This document shows, piece after piece, positions 39,064 to 48,221 of a DNA stretch of 64,000 bases. The notes beneath the pieces are model-generated. The model saw only the letters and a program-made list of their open reading frames with translations, had not been told where the DNA came from and searched no databases. The translations under genes and the position numbers were made by a program. Origin of the DNA: Planctomycetota bacterium. Lineage in GTDB: Bacteria; Planctomycetota; B15-G4; SIAN01. The stretch's first letter is position 1; each line of letters opens with the position of its first letter. The DNA is taken from positions 1-64,000 of the forward strand of contig JANNXA010000037.1 in NCBI GenBank assembly GCA_031409275.1, read 5' to 3'.

Positions 39064-39914
39064 AGCGTGTTCGCCGTGGCGTCCGCGAGGCGGCCGCTGC
39101 GTCGCGCGGTGGCGAGCGTCGCGCGCGCGAACTCCCGGTAGGCGGGAAGCAGTGCCGGCGCCTGGCGCGCCATCGCCGCGAGGTGGAGCGCCACGATCGC
39201 CGACTCGCCGCGCTCGATCGGGCCGGTCAGTGCGGCGGGGGCGCCGAGCCGTTCGAGGTTCGCCAGCGTCGAGCGGCCGAGTGCGGCCAAGGCGGCGCGC
39301 GCTCCTTCGGGCGAGGCGCCGCCACGTTGCGCGAGCTGCTCCGCGAGCTCGAACAGCGCCACGCCGGCATTGGCGATCGTGCAAGCCGCGGCATGGAAAA
39401 GCGTCTTGCCGTCGCCGTCGAGTTCGAGCGCGACGCCGCCCAACGTGGCGATGAGGTCGCGCGCGGCCTGGCGCGCGAGCGGATCGCCGTCGAGATCGAA
39501 GGTGACGCCGGTGAAGTCGCGCGGCGCCTCGTCCGGCGTTGCGAACGCGGCCAGCGGATGGCAGCTGCCGATCGCGATCGATCGTCGGCGCAGCGGTGCG
39601 AGCACTTCGGCGGGGAGCGCGCCGCTCACGTGGAGCGCGATGGCGCCGGGGCAGTCAGGGAGCTGATCGGCGAGCTCGGCCGCCAGCGGAGCGAGGGCCG
39701 CTTCCGGAACGGCGATCAGCGTGGTGGTGGCGCTCGCGAAGAGGTCGCGCAAGGAGCCGGCCGGGTGGCCGGCGCCGATCGAGCGAATGGCGGCGGCGGT
39801 GGTGGCGGGAGTGCGGCAGCGGACGCTGCCGATCGGGACGCCGCGTGCAAAGAGGGCGCGGGCGAGGGCACGGCCGGCGCGGCCGGCGCCGAGCAGATGG
39901 AGGGGAGGAGTCAC
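39045..39914 (-). CDS. Rossmann-like/DUF2520 protein (PanG-type ketopantoate reductase candidate)
   Basis: LGAGRAG, HVSGA, SCHPL, FHAA, ALTGPIERG; panC/panD nearby. Confidence 0.82.
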   Translation of the reverse strand: MTPPLHLLGAGRAGRALARALFARGVPIGSVRCRTPATTAAAIRSIGAGHPAGSLRDLFASATTTLIAVPEAALAPLAAELADQLPDCPGAIALHVSGALPAEVLAPLRRRSIAIGSCHPLAAFATPDEAPRDFTGVTFDLDGDPLARQAARDLIATLGGVALELDGDGKTLFHAAACTIANAGVALFELAEQLAQRGGASPEGARAALAALGRSTLANLERLGAPAALTGPIERGESAIVALHLAAMARQAPALLPAYREFARATLATARRSGRLADATANTLADLLR

Positions 39915-40423
39915 TGCTCCATTTCGCGTTCCGGAGGCTTGGCGCGCAAGGGGGGGCGCGCGGGCGGGGTGGGAAGGAGCGCCGGCGCGGCCGACTCGTC
40001 CTCTTCATCGTAGTCCGCGCCGAGCTTCGGAGGGGTGTAGCCAGGAAGCTTCGAGCGCTCGACCTCGGCGTAGTACGCGTCGACGATGTGGCCTTGGATG
40101 CGGTGTCTGGCTTCGGCGTGGATCGGGTGGGCGATGTCCGTGTGAAGCTTGGCGCGTCCGCGCTCGTCGCGGCCGGCGCGGTCGGGGTCGAGGCCGCGAC
40201 CGCAGTCATTGCAACAGCGCGCTCGCAAGTGGTTCTTGCCGCCGCACGCGGCGCAGCGATCGGTGAGCTTGCGCGAGGGCATCGCGACGAACGGACCATT
40301 GGGGCCGCGGATGATCTTCAAGTCGCGGACGACGAATTCCTGATCAAAGGTGAGCGTGCAGAAGGCCAGCAGCTTGTCGTCGGGATCGTCGACGAGCTTC
40401 ACCCGGATCTCTGAGATCTGCAC
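39911..40423 (-). CDS. spoVG: SpoVG family protein with zinc-ribbon insert
   Basis: QISEIRVK, FVVRDLKII.G..GPFVAMPSRK, DIAHPI; CAAC..CNDC insert. Confidence 0.9.
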   Translation of the reverse strand: MQISEIRVKLVDDPDDKLLAFCTLTFDQEFVVRDLKIIRGPNGPFVAMPSRKLTDRCAACGGKNHLRARCCNDCGRGLDPDRAGRDERGRAKLHTDIAHPIHAEARHRIQGHIVDAYYAEVERSKLPGYTPPKLGADYDEEDESAAPALLPTPPARPPLRAKPPEREMEQ

Positions 40424-40488
40424 GTGGCCCCCTCCCCCCCGAGGAACCTGTGCGCCAACGGGTGGTGGAATCACCGTGCCGAGGCGCG

Positions 40489-41412
40489 TCAGGTGCACTG
40501 CTTTCCCTGGTGTCGATCGAAGCTGCGCACGATCCGGAGGTCGAGTTCCCGCCGGCCCTTCAACTCGTTGCACAGCGCCACTGCATCGCTCTCGTGACCG
40601 CTCTCGTTCATCATCGGCGTGAAGATGGCGGATCCGGACCCGGTCATTACCCACACGCGGCCAGTGATTTCCCGCAGCCACTGGAGCGTCTCGCGCAATC
40701 GAGGTGCAACGCGGCACGCCGCGTCTTCCAACCGATTGAAGCAGCCGAATGCTGCGATGCCCCTCTTCGCATTCCCCAGACCTTCGGCGCAGGACGATAC
40801 GTCGCGGCGGGGGCCATTCAAGTCGACCTGCGAATAGGCGAGCGCAGTCGAAATGGAGAATGGCGACAGTGCCAGCACGAAAGTGAATGGGCCCGTGATG
40901 TCGAGCGGCTCGAGTTCGTCGCCGCGGCCGCGTCCAATCGCCGTCCCGCCGCGCAGCAGGAATCCGACGTCGGCGCCGAGCTCGCGCGCGACCGAAGCGC
41001 GCTCGCTCGCGTCCAATGGCTCGACCAGATGCTCCATTGCGCTCAATACGAAGGCGGCATCTGCCGAACCGCCGCCCATTCCAGTTCCCGGCGGCACGCG
41101 CTTGTCCAAGGCGATGTGCACGCAGGGCGCACGCGGTCGGCGGACTCGGTAGCTGCGCGCGGCGCGAATCGCGAGGTTGTTCGCGACCTCGCCGTCGATC
41201 GCCAGGCCGCGCAGTTCGAGCGTGTCACTCGCCGCACCCGGGGTGAGCGTGACCCGCAGCTCGTCGCCGAGATCGATCTCGTGGAAGACGGTGGCGAGGT
41301 CGTGGTAGCCGTCCGGCCTTTTCCCGACGACCTCGAGGAAAAGATTGAGCTTCGCCGGTGCGATCCCCTCGACCCAGCCCGGGCCGCGGGCGCGGAAACG
41401 TGGTTCATCCAT
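40489..41412 (-). CDS. ispE: 4-diphosphocytidyl-2-C-methyl-D-erythritol kinase
   Basis: APAKLNLFLEV.GKRPDGYH, PGTGMGGGSADAA, LGADV, MTGSGS. Confidence 0.95.
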   Translation of the reverse strand: MDEPRFRARGPGWVEGIAPAKLNLFLEVVGKRPDGYHDLATVFHEIDLGDELRVTLTPGAASDTLELRGLAIDGEVANNLAIRAARSYRVRRPRAPCVHIALDKRVPPGTGMGGGSADAAFVLSAMEHLVEPLDASERASVARELGADVGFLLRGGTAIGRGRGDELEPLDITGPFTFVLALSPFSISTALAYSQVDLNGPRRDVSSCAEGLGNAKRGIAAFGCFNRLEDAACRVAPRLRETLQWLREITGRVWVMTGSGSAIFTPMMNESGHESDAVALCNELKGRRELDLRIVRSFDRHQGKQCT

Positions 41413-41509
41413 GGTGTGCGCACGTCTCCCCAACGGTTCGCGCGAGGCTACCATCCGCCGGTCGAGCGCTCGTCGCCGTCCGCGACGCATCGCCGCCTTG
41501 GAGTGGAAC

Positions 41510-43048
41510 ATGCGACTCTTCCGTCAGATCGCCTTGTCCTGCGTGGCCGCCGTCGGGATCGCTCCCGCCGCTGAAGCGACATGGTCGATCGTCCTGGTCG
41601 ACACCGCGACGGGTGAGGTTGCGGTCGGCTGCGCGACTTGCCTCGAGAACTTCGATCTCGAGCTCTACTGCCCGGTGGTGCTCGTCGGCATCGGCGGGGC
41701 GTGCGCGCAGTCATCGATCGATTCGAGCGGCCGCAATCGGCGGTTGATCTGGGACGAGATGCAGCTCGGCACTTCGCCGCGGGAGATCCTCACCAAGCTG
41801 CGCAGTGGCGACTCGTCGCACCAATCGCGGCAGTACGGCATCGTCGACCTCGAAGGGCGTCAAGTGACGTTCACCGGATTTCTGGCCGGCGCGTGGGCCG
41901 GTGGAGTGACCGGTGTCAGCGGCACGATCCACTACGCGATCCAGGGCAATGTGCTCACCGGCCAGCCGGTGGTCCAGGACGCCGAAGCGGCGGTGCTCAA
42001 CACCAGCGGCGACCTGGCCGCGAAGCTGATGGCTGGGATGGAGGCGGCGCAGGCGGTGGGTGGGGACGGGCGCTGCTCGTGCGATCCAGCCGATGCCGAT
42101 CGTTGCGGTTCGCCGCCGCCAGGATTCGACCCCGACACCGACAAGTCGGCCCACGTCGGGTTCATGATCGTTGCGCGCATCGGTGACGTCGACGGCGACT
42201 GCAACGTCAGCGCCGGCTGCTCGAACGGTTCGTACTACATGAACCACAACGTCGCCAACCAGGATCGCAACGACGAGGATCCGGTCCTGCAGATGCGCAC
42301 GCTGTTCGATCAGTGGCGCGACGACTGGCGCAACCATGCCGACCACCTGCTCTCGACCAAGACGATGAGCCGCGTCGGGGTGCCGGGCAACGGCACGACT
42401 CCAGCCACGTTGACGCTGGCGCTGCGCGACTGGGAAGGGACGGCGCTGACGACGGGTGGTGCGACGATCACGGTGAGCCACGCGGCGACGAGCGCCGGGC
42501 TGGCGTCGATCGGGACGGTCGAAGACAACGGCGACGGCACCTACAGCGTCGAGTTGAGGGCCGGCGTCGGGCAAGGCACGGACGTCTACGACCTCGTGGT
42601 CGACGACGGCCGCGGACCGGTCACCCTCTATCCGTCGCCGACGCTGAAGCACAACGAGACGCTGAAGGCAGACGCCGCCTCGATCTCCTCTTCGGCGGGT
42701 GGAACGATCTCCTTCGACCTCGTGGGCCCCGACGAGGAGCCGCCGGCCGACTACCTGTTGCTCTGCTCCGCGTCCGGAACGGCGCCAGGCCTGCTGATCG
42801 GCAAGAGCAACATCGTGCTCCCGCTCAACTACGACGACGTCATGTGGATCTCGTACTACTGCGCCAACACGACGACCTTCGTCAACACCGACAACGTGCT
42901 CGACGCCGACGGGAAGGCCTCGGCGCAGTTCCACGTCGAGCCCGACGAACTGCAGTTGCTGGTCGGTTTCGACCTCGCGTTCGCCTACCTGACCAACCAG
43001 AAGGTGACGTTTGCCAGCAACTTCAAGCTGGTGACGATCGATCCGTAG
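41510..43048 (+). CDS. Secreted DUF1028 (Ntn-hydrolase-like) protein with Ig-like domain
   Basis: Signal ending AEA then TWSIV..D..TGEV; RQYGIVD; QGNVL; GGDGRC; DNGDGTYSV. Confidence 0.8.
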   Translation: MRLFRQIALSCVAAVGIAPAAEATWSIVLVDTATGEVAVGCATCLENFDLELYCPVVLVGIGGACAQSSIDSSGRNRRLIWDEMQLGTSPREILTKLRSGDSSHQSRQYGIVDLEGRQVTFTGFLAGAWAGGVTGVSGTIHYAIQGNVLTGQPVVQDAEAAVLNTSGDLAAKLMAGMEAAQAVGGDGRCSCDPADADRCGSPPPGFDPDTDKSAHVGFMIVARIGDVDGDCNVSAGCSNGSYYMNHNVANQDRNDEDPVLQMRTLFDQWRDDWRNHADHLLSTKTMSRVGVPGNGTTPATLTLALRDWEGTALTTGGATITVSHAATSAGLASIGTVEDNGDGTYSVELRAGVGQGTDVYDLVVDDGRGPVTLYPSPTLKHNETLKADAASISSSAGGTISFDLVGPDEEPPADYLLLCSASGTAPGLLIGKSNIVLPLNYDDVMWISYYCANTTTFVNTDNVLDADGKASAQFHVEPDELQLLVGFDLAFAYLTNQKVTFASNFKLVTIDP

Positions 43049-43077
43049 CGGCGGCTAGGGCGATCGCGGCGCGGCGA

Positions 43078-43458
43078 TCAGCGGTTGCGCAGCTCGAATT
43101 CGCGGTTGTCGTTGCCGCTCATCACGAGGACCTGCGGGCGCAGCGCGCGCGCGGACTCTTCGTCGACGTGGACGTAGGTGATGACCAGCAGCCGATCGCC
43201 GGGATTGCCCTTGTGCGCCATGCCGCCGTTCAGCACGCACGCGCCGGTGCCTGGCTCGTCGCGCAGCGCATAGGTCCACATGCGTTCGCCGTTGGCCAAG
43301 TTGACCACCTGGATCTTCTCGAACGGCAGGATGCCGGCGCTGTCGAGCAGCTTGGCGTCGATCCCGAGGCTGCCGGTGTAGTGCAGGTTCTTGTCGGTGA
43401 CGACGATCCCGTGGATCTTCGCCTTCATCATTTCGCGCAGGATCATCGCGGTCCTCAT
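43078..43458 (-). CDS. panD: Aspartate 1-decarboxylase
   Basis: KAKIH..VVT..NLHYTGSLGID (G-S cleavage), NGER..TY, LNGG.AH. Confidence 0.92.
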   Translation of the reverse strand: MRTAMILREMMKAKIHGIVVTDKNLHYTGSLGIDAKLLDSAGILPFEKIQVVNLANGERMWTYALRDEPGTGACVLNGGMAHKGNPGDRLLVITYVHVDEESARALRPQVLVMSGNDNREFELRNR

Positions 43459-44318
43459 CCGATCCGGCGAGCGGCGTCGCCGAGCAGCAGGTTGTCGATC
43501 AGTCGCGTCGCGCCGAGGAATGCCGCGGCCGCGACGACGCCGCCGTTGCCGAGCCGTTCCGGCACGGCCAGCGACTCGTCATCACGCACTTCGAAGTAGT
43601 CGAGTCGGAAGGCGCTGGTGCTCGCGAGCGCGGCGCGGCCGACCGCTGCCAGCGCCGTGGTCGAGCGCTCGCCGCGGTCGAACGCGGCGCGCACGGCCTG
43701 CAGCGCCTGCTGCAGAGCCGGAGCCTGGCTCCGCTCGGCGGCGGAGAGGTAGCGGTTGCGGCTCGACATCGCCAGGCCATCGACCTCGCGCAGCGTCGGC
43801 AGCATGCGCACCGTGAGGTCGAAGTCGAGGTCGACCACCATCCGCTGCAGCAGTCGCGCCTGCTGGAAGTCCTTCTGGCCGAAGTAGGCGACGTGCGGCG
43901 CGACGAGGTGGAACAGTTTCGCCACCACTGTCAGCACGCCGCGGAAGTGGCCGGGGCGGCTAGCGCCGCAGAGCGACTCCGCCAGCGTGCCGGGGACGAC
44001 GTGCGTGTCGAAGCCGGGCGGGTACATCTCGGCGGGAGTCGTGATGAACAGCGCGTCGGCGCCCGCTGCGGCGAGGAGCGCCTGGTCGCCGGCGAGGTCA
44101 CGCGGGTAGCGCGAGAGGTCTTCGTTCGCTCCGAATTGCAGCGGGTTGACGAAGATCGAGGCGATCACGACGTCGCATTCTGCGCGCGCGCGCTGGATCA
44201 GGCTCTGGTGGCCGGCATGGAGCGCTCCCATCGTCGGGACGAATCCGATGGTGCGTCCCGCCGATCGCCACGCACGGCTGGCGGTGCGCAGATCGGCGAT
44301 CCGATCGAGCGTCCGCAT
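43455..44318 (-). CDS. panC: Pantoate-beta-alanine ligase
   Basis: FVPTMGALHAGH, SIFVNPLQF, RPGHFRGV, FGQKDFQQ, GLAMSSRN, RLIDN. Confidence 0.96.
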   Translation of the reverse strand: MRTLDRIADLRTASRAWRSAGRTIGFVPTMGALHAGHQSLIQRARAECDVVIASIFVNPLQFGANEDLSRYPRDLAGDQALLAAAGADALFITTPAEMYPPGFDTHVVPGTLAESLCGASRPGHFRGVLTVVAKLFHLVAPHVAYFGQKDFQQARLLQRMVVDLDFDLTVRMLPTLREVDGLAMSSRNRYLSAAERSQAPALQQALQAVRAAFDRGERSTTALAAVGRAALASTSAFRLDYFEVRDDESLAVPERLGNGGVVAAAAFLGATRLIDNLLLGDAARRIG

Positions 44319-44809
44319 CACGTCGGGCACGCGCGCGCCTCCTCGGGCAGTTTCGCCAGCAGTTCCGCCGCCGTGGCCTGAAGCGTCGGATGGCGCCAAT
44401 CGGCCGCGATCTCGGCCAGCGGCTCGAGGACGAAACGGCGCTGATGGGCGCGCGGGTGGGGCAGGGTGAGGCCCGGTTCGGCGACCACGGTCGCGCCATG
44501 GAAGAGCAGGTCAAGGTCGATCGGCCGCGCCTCGTAGGGAGCGTGGCGCACGCGACCGCCGACGCGCTCGATGGCGAGCAGCACGTCGAGGAGGGCGCGT
44601 GGCGACAGGGTCGTCTCCACCAGCACGACGCCATTCAGGAAGCGGCCTTGTTGCGGTGCACCGGCCGGCAACTCCGGCGCGGTGTCGTACGCGCGGGAGC
44701 GAGCGACGAGTCGGACTCCGGGCCACGCGGCGAGTTGCGCGAGGGCGGCAACGACATGCCCTTCGCGATCGCCGAGGTTCGAGCCCCACGCGATGGCGGC
44801 CGGCGTCAC
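44318..44809 (-). CDS. folK: 2-amino-4-hydroxy-6-hydroxymethyldihydropteridine diphosphokinase
   Basis: GSNLGDR, FLNGV, RPIDLDLL, LTLPHPR..RRFVLEPL. Confidence 0.93.
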   Translation of the reverse strand: MTPAAIAWGSNLGDREGHVVAALAQLAAWPGVRLVARSRAYDTAPELPAGAPQQGRFLNGVVLVETTLSPRALLDVLLAIERVGGRVRHAPYEARPIDLDLLFHGATVVAEPGLTLPHPRAHQRRFVLEPLAEIAADWRHPTLQATAAELLAKLPEEARACPT

Positions 44810-45666
44810 GGCGCATCCCCCTCGGGTGGGGCCGGGCGCGGCCACAACGGGCGCTTCAACACGTGCTCGAGCAGCGAGACGAGCGGGCACGCGAAGACGT
44901 AGCCGATCGACACGAGCGCGATCGCGTACTCCGGGATGAGCGAGAGCAGCAGGATCGCCAGCACGATCTGCGCGATGTAGGTGTGCGGATGGCGGCCGCG
45001 CATGAAGCGGTTCACGATGTGGACGTACTTCACCCGCGACACCATCGCCAGCGCCAGCAGCGGCAGACAGAACAGGAGGCCGTTCAGGAAGAGCGCGCGA
45101 CGTTTGGCGAGCCAGAGCGGGGCATCCGGCGCGCTGACGTCGAGGTAGAGCAGGATCCCGGCGGCGACGAACCCGGCGGCGGCAGGGCTCGGCAGGCCGC
45201 TGAAGAAGTCGTGCGCGTCGGCGTCGTCCTCAGTCGCGGCGGTGAAGCGCGCCAGTCGGAGAGCGGCGCAACTCACGTAGAGGAAACACATCAGCAGCAC
45301 GAACTTCGGCTTGAACGGCTGCTCGGCGATCAGCCGCTCCGACTCGAACAGGAACTTCACCAGCAGCGCCGGAGCGGCTCCGAAGGTCAGCATGTCGCAC
45401 AGCGAGTCGAGCATCGCGCCGAACTCGGAGGTCGCCTTGGTCATGCGTGCGAGCCGACCGTCGAGCGCGTCGAAGACGTTGGCGAGGAAGATCAGCCAGC
45501 AGCTGATCGCGAAATGGTGATGGAAGTCGACCAGGACCTCGGGCGGCGGCGGCGAGGGGGCGCGCCACAGCAGGCTGATGGCGTCGGCGCCCTTGGCAAT
45601 GGCGAGGAAACCGCAGAACGCGTTGCCGAGCGTGCACAGAGCGGGCAGGATCGCGACCGGCTTCAC
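44806..45666 (-). CDS. pssA: CDP-diacylglycerol-serine O-phosphatidyltransferase
   Basis: DALDGRLARM..SEFGAMLDSLCD, LRLARF, FSGLPSPAAA; next to psd. Confidence 0.88.
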   Translation of the reverse strand: MKPVAILPALCTLGNAFCGFLAIAKGADAISLLWRAPSPPPPEVLVDFHHHFAISCWLIFLANVFDALDGRLARMTKATSEFGAMLDSLCDMLTFGAAPALLVKFLFESERLIAEQPFKPKFVLLMCFLYVSCAALRLARFTAATEDDADAHDFFSGLPSPAAAGFVAAGILLYLDVSAPDAPLWLAKRRALFLNGLLFCLPLLALAMVSRVKYVHIVNRFMRGRHPHTYIAQIVLAILLLSLIPEYAIALVSIGYVFACPLVSLLEHVLKRPLWPRPAPPEGDAP

Positions 45667-45676
45667 GCGGCGCTCC

Positions 45677-46342
45677 TCATGCAGACGGCGTCGCGCGCGC
45701 CCCGAGCCGCACGAGCGGCGTCGAAGTCCCGCTGACCTTGTCGCCAACCTTCACCAGCACGTCTGGCTTGAGGCGAAGCGGCACGATCAACTCGGTCCGC
45801 GAACCGAACTTGATCATGCCCATGCGCTGGCCGCGCGTGAGCGCGTCGCCGACGGTCAGCGGGCAGACGATCCGCCGGGCGATCAGTCCCGCGACCTGCC
45901 GCACGACGAACGGGAACTCCGCCTCGAGACGGATCTCCTGCGCCTCGTTCAGCTTCGAGACGTCGGGGTGGCGGGCGTCGAGGAATTGGCCCGGCTGATG
46001 TTTCAGGGCCACCACCTTCGCGCTCCATGGGCAGCGGTTGACGTGGACGTTCAGCACCGAAAGGAAGATCCCGACCCGAATGCAGGGTTCCGCGAGCAGT
46101 TCGGTGCGCGGCAACTCGACGATGTCGGCGACCGTTCCATCGGCGGGCGAAACCAGCACGGTGGGATCGGCAGGGAGCTTGCGTTCAGGATCGCGGAAGA
46201 ACGAGACGGCGAACACGAGCAGTGCTGCCGGAACGAGCACCAAGGGCCACGCGACGAGGGCGAGTCCCCACGCGAGGAGGCCACACAGAACCGTGATCGC
46301 GATCAACTCGCGCGTACCGTGGGGGGTGATCGGAATGAGCAC
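45677..46342 (-). CDS. psd: Phosphatidylserine decarboxylase proenzyme
   Basis: FFRDPER, SPADG, IFLSVLNVHVNR, QVAGLIARRI, IKFGSR. Confidence 0.92.
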   Translation of the reverse strand: MLIPITPHGTRELIAITVLCGLLAWGLALVAWPLVLVPAALLVFAVSFFRDPERKLPADPTVLVSPADGTVADIVELPRTELLAEPCIRVGIFLSVLNVHVNRCPWSAKVVALKHQPGQFLDARHPDVSKLNEAQEIRLEAEFPFVVRQVAGLIARRIVCPLTVGDALTRGQRMGMIKFGSRTELIVPLRLKPDVLVKVGDKVSGTSTPLVRLGARATPSA

Positions 46343-46412
46343 AGTTTCAGCTTCTCTAGGCCTGATGGGACTGGCGTGGGGCCGAGCACCGGCGCGCCGG
46401 AACGGCGCAGAT

Positions 46413-47048
46413 GTGCAGCCGGAGCGGGACCCGTCGACGTCCGCGACGACGGCCGAGCATCCTACCCGCGCCGACCGCCGCCGCGCTTGGAGCGCGCTCG
46501 GCGACTCCGAGCTGATGGCCCACTGCCAGAACCGCGCCGAGGAAGCGCTCGAAGTCCTCCACGAACGCCATTCGCCCGGGTTGCTGCGATTCCTGGAGCG
46601 GATGCTGCGTGACCGCGCTCGGGCGGAAGACGTCTGCCAGGAAGCGTTCGTGAAAATCTGGCGACGCGCCGAACTCTTCGACCCCGCGCGCGGGACGTTC
46701 AGCGCGTGGCTCTATCGAGCGGCCGCCAATCTCGCCTACAACCGCCTCGCGCTGCGGTCCTCGAGCGAGAGCGAGCTCTCCGCACTTCAGGTCCTCCCTC
46801 CCGCGAAGGGGCAGAGCCCGATCGACGCCGCGGCCCTCGACGAGCGTCACCGCCTCCTCCACGCGGCGCTCGGTGAACTCACGGAGCGCGACCGGGCCAT
46901 CCTGGTGTTGCGCCATATCGAAGAGCGCCCGGTGGCCGAGATCGCGGCCATCCTCGACATCCCCGAGGGCACCGTGAAGTCGCGCTGCCACTACGCGATG
47001 CACCGGTTGCGCGCCGCGCTGCCGGAAGCTCTCGCGGAAACGCATTGA
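46413..47048 (+). CDS. ECF RNA polymerase sigma factor
   Basis: AEDVCQEAF, FSAWLYRAAAN, EIAAILDIPEGTVKSR; start uncertain (46365-46515). Confidence 0.9.
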   Translation: MQPERDPSTSATTAEHPTRADRRRAWSALGDSELMAHCQNRAEEALEVLHERHSPGLLRFLERMLRDRARAEDVCQEAFVKIWRRAELFDPARGTFSAWLYRAAANLAYNRLALRSSSESELSALQVLPPAKGQSPIDAAALDERHRLLHAALGELTERDRAILVLRHIEERPVAEIAAILDIPEGTVKSRCHYAMHRLRAALPEALAETH

Positions 47049-47081
47049 TCCGCGGGAGTCGTTGGCCGGGTAGGTGGCGCG

Positions 47082-47645
47082 ATGTCCTCCCTCCCTCCCG
47101 ATTCCGACGACCGTGATCCCCATTGTGACCGGGTTGCGGCGGCGTGGAGCGAACTGCTCCTCGCCGCCGCTGACGTTGATCGCGACCCGCAGCGCCTCGA
47201 CCCGCTGCTCCGCCACCTCGCCGACTGTCGCCGTTGCCGCGACGAGCACGCGGCGTTCGCGGAACTGATCGGCGACCTGAAGACGCTGCCGTCCCCGCCC
47301 ACCGATCCCCGCCGCCTGGAGGCCCTGCGTGCGGCGCTTTCGTCGGAGCCCTCCCGACGGGAGGCGCGAGTGCGGCTCGCCGAGCCGGTCTCGAGCCGCC
47401 ACGACGTGGCGCCGATCGAGTGGGCCGCATTGGCCACCGTCGCGCTGGTCCTTGCCGGCGGCCTGCTCCGCTACAGTCCCGCGGTCGCGCGCTGCTTCGC
47501 GACGGCACCGTCGAACAGCGAGTGGCTGTTGCCGATGCTCTTCCTCGGGTTCGGGTCCGTGCTTTCGTTGATCGCCCTTCCGTTGTTGCGAACGCCGCTC
47601 CTCCACGCGGCCGCGGTCGATGGCCTGCCGCCGAGTTCGACGTGA
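47082..47645 (+). CDS. Putative zinc-binding anti-sigma factor, membrane anchored
   Basis: HLADCRRC (HxxxCxxC); two TM segments; directly after ECF sigma. Confidence 0.75.
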   Translation: MSSLPPDSDDRDPHCDRVAAAWSELLLAAADVDRDPQRLDPLLRHLADCRRCRDEHAAFAELIGDLKTLPSPPTDPRRLEALRAALSSEPSRREARVRLAEPVSSRHDVAPIEWAALATVALVLAGGLLRYSPAVARCFATAPSNSEWLLPMLFLGFGSVLSLIALPLLRTPLLHAAAVDGLPPSST

Positions 47646-48142
47646 ACCCGCGCGCTTCGCTCGAGAACTCCCGTTTGATCGATTCGCTTCGACACTTCCT
47701 GATGCAGCGCCTTGGACGTCGCGGCACGATCGCGCTCGGCGTCGGGGTCGTCGCGCTCTTTGCGATCGCCGGGGGCCCGCTGCTGCTCGCGGGCGTCGGT
47801 AGCTCGGTCGCGGCGGTCCTTTTCTTCGCAGCGATCCTGCTCGGTCCAGCGGCCTGGGTGCTGTGGGACGCCCGTTCTCGGAGCATCGCCCGCCCGTTCA
47901 TCTGGGCCCTGTTCGCTCTGTTCGGCCACGTCGTCGGCGCGCTCGTCTACCTCCTCGTCCGCGACGCCCAGCCGCAAGAAGCGGCCTGCGCGAGCTGCCA
48001 GCGCGCCGTGCGGGTCGGACTCGCCACCTGTCCCTGGTGCGGCACGGCCCGCGCAACGAGCCGCAGCGGCTGCCACCATTGCGGCAGCGAACTCGAGTCG
48101 GGCTGGCGCTTCTGTCCGTACTGCCGAATCGCAGTCGACTGA
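47642..48142 (+). CDS. Membrane protein with double zinc ribbon
   Basis: TM helices, WDARSR, GALVYLLVR, CASC/CPWC/CHHC/CPYC. Confidence 0.78.
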   Translation: MNPRASLENSRLIDSLRHFLMQRLGRRGTIALGVGVVALFAIAGGPLLLAGVGSSVAAVLFFAAILLGPAAWVLWDARSRSIARPFIWALFALFGHVVGALVYLLVRDAQPQEAACASCQRAVRVGLATCPWCGTARATSRSGCHHCGSELESGWRFCPYCRIAVD

Positions 48143-48221
48143 GTGCGCTCGCGGTCAAGGGTCGCGCGGAGGGGGTCTCGATGCTCCAATGGGCGCCCTC
48201 GGGTTCCCTCGGAGTGCGCTC

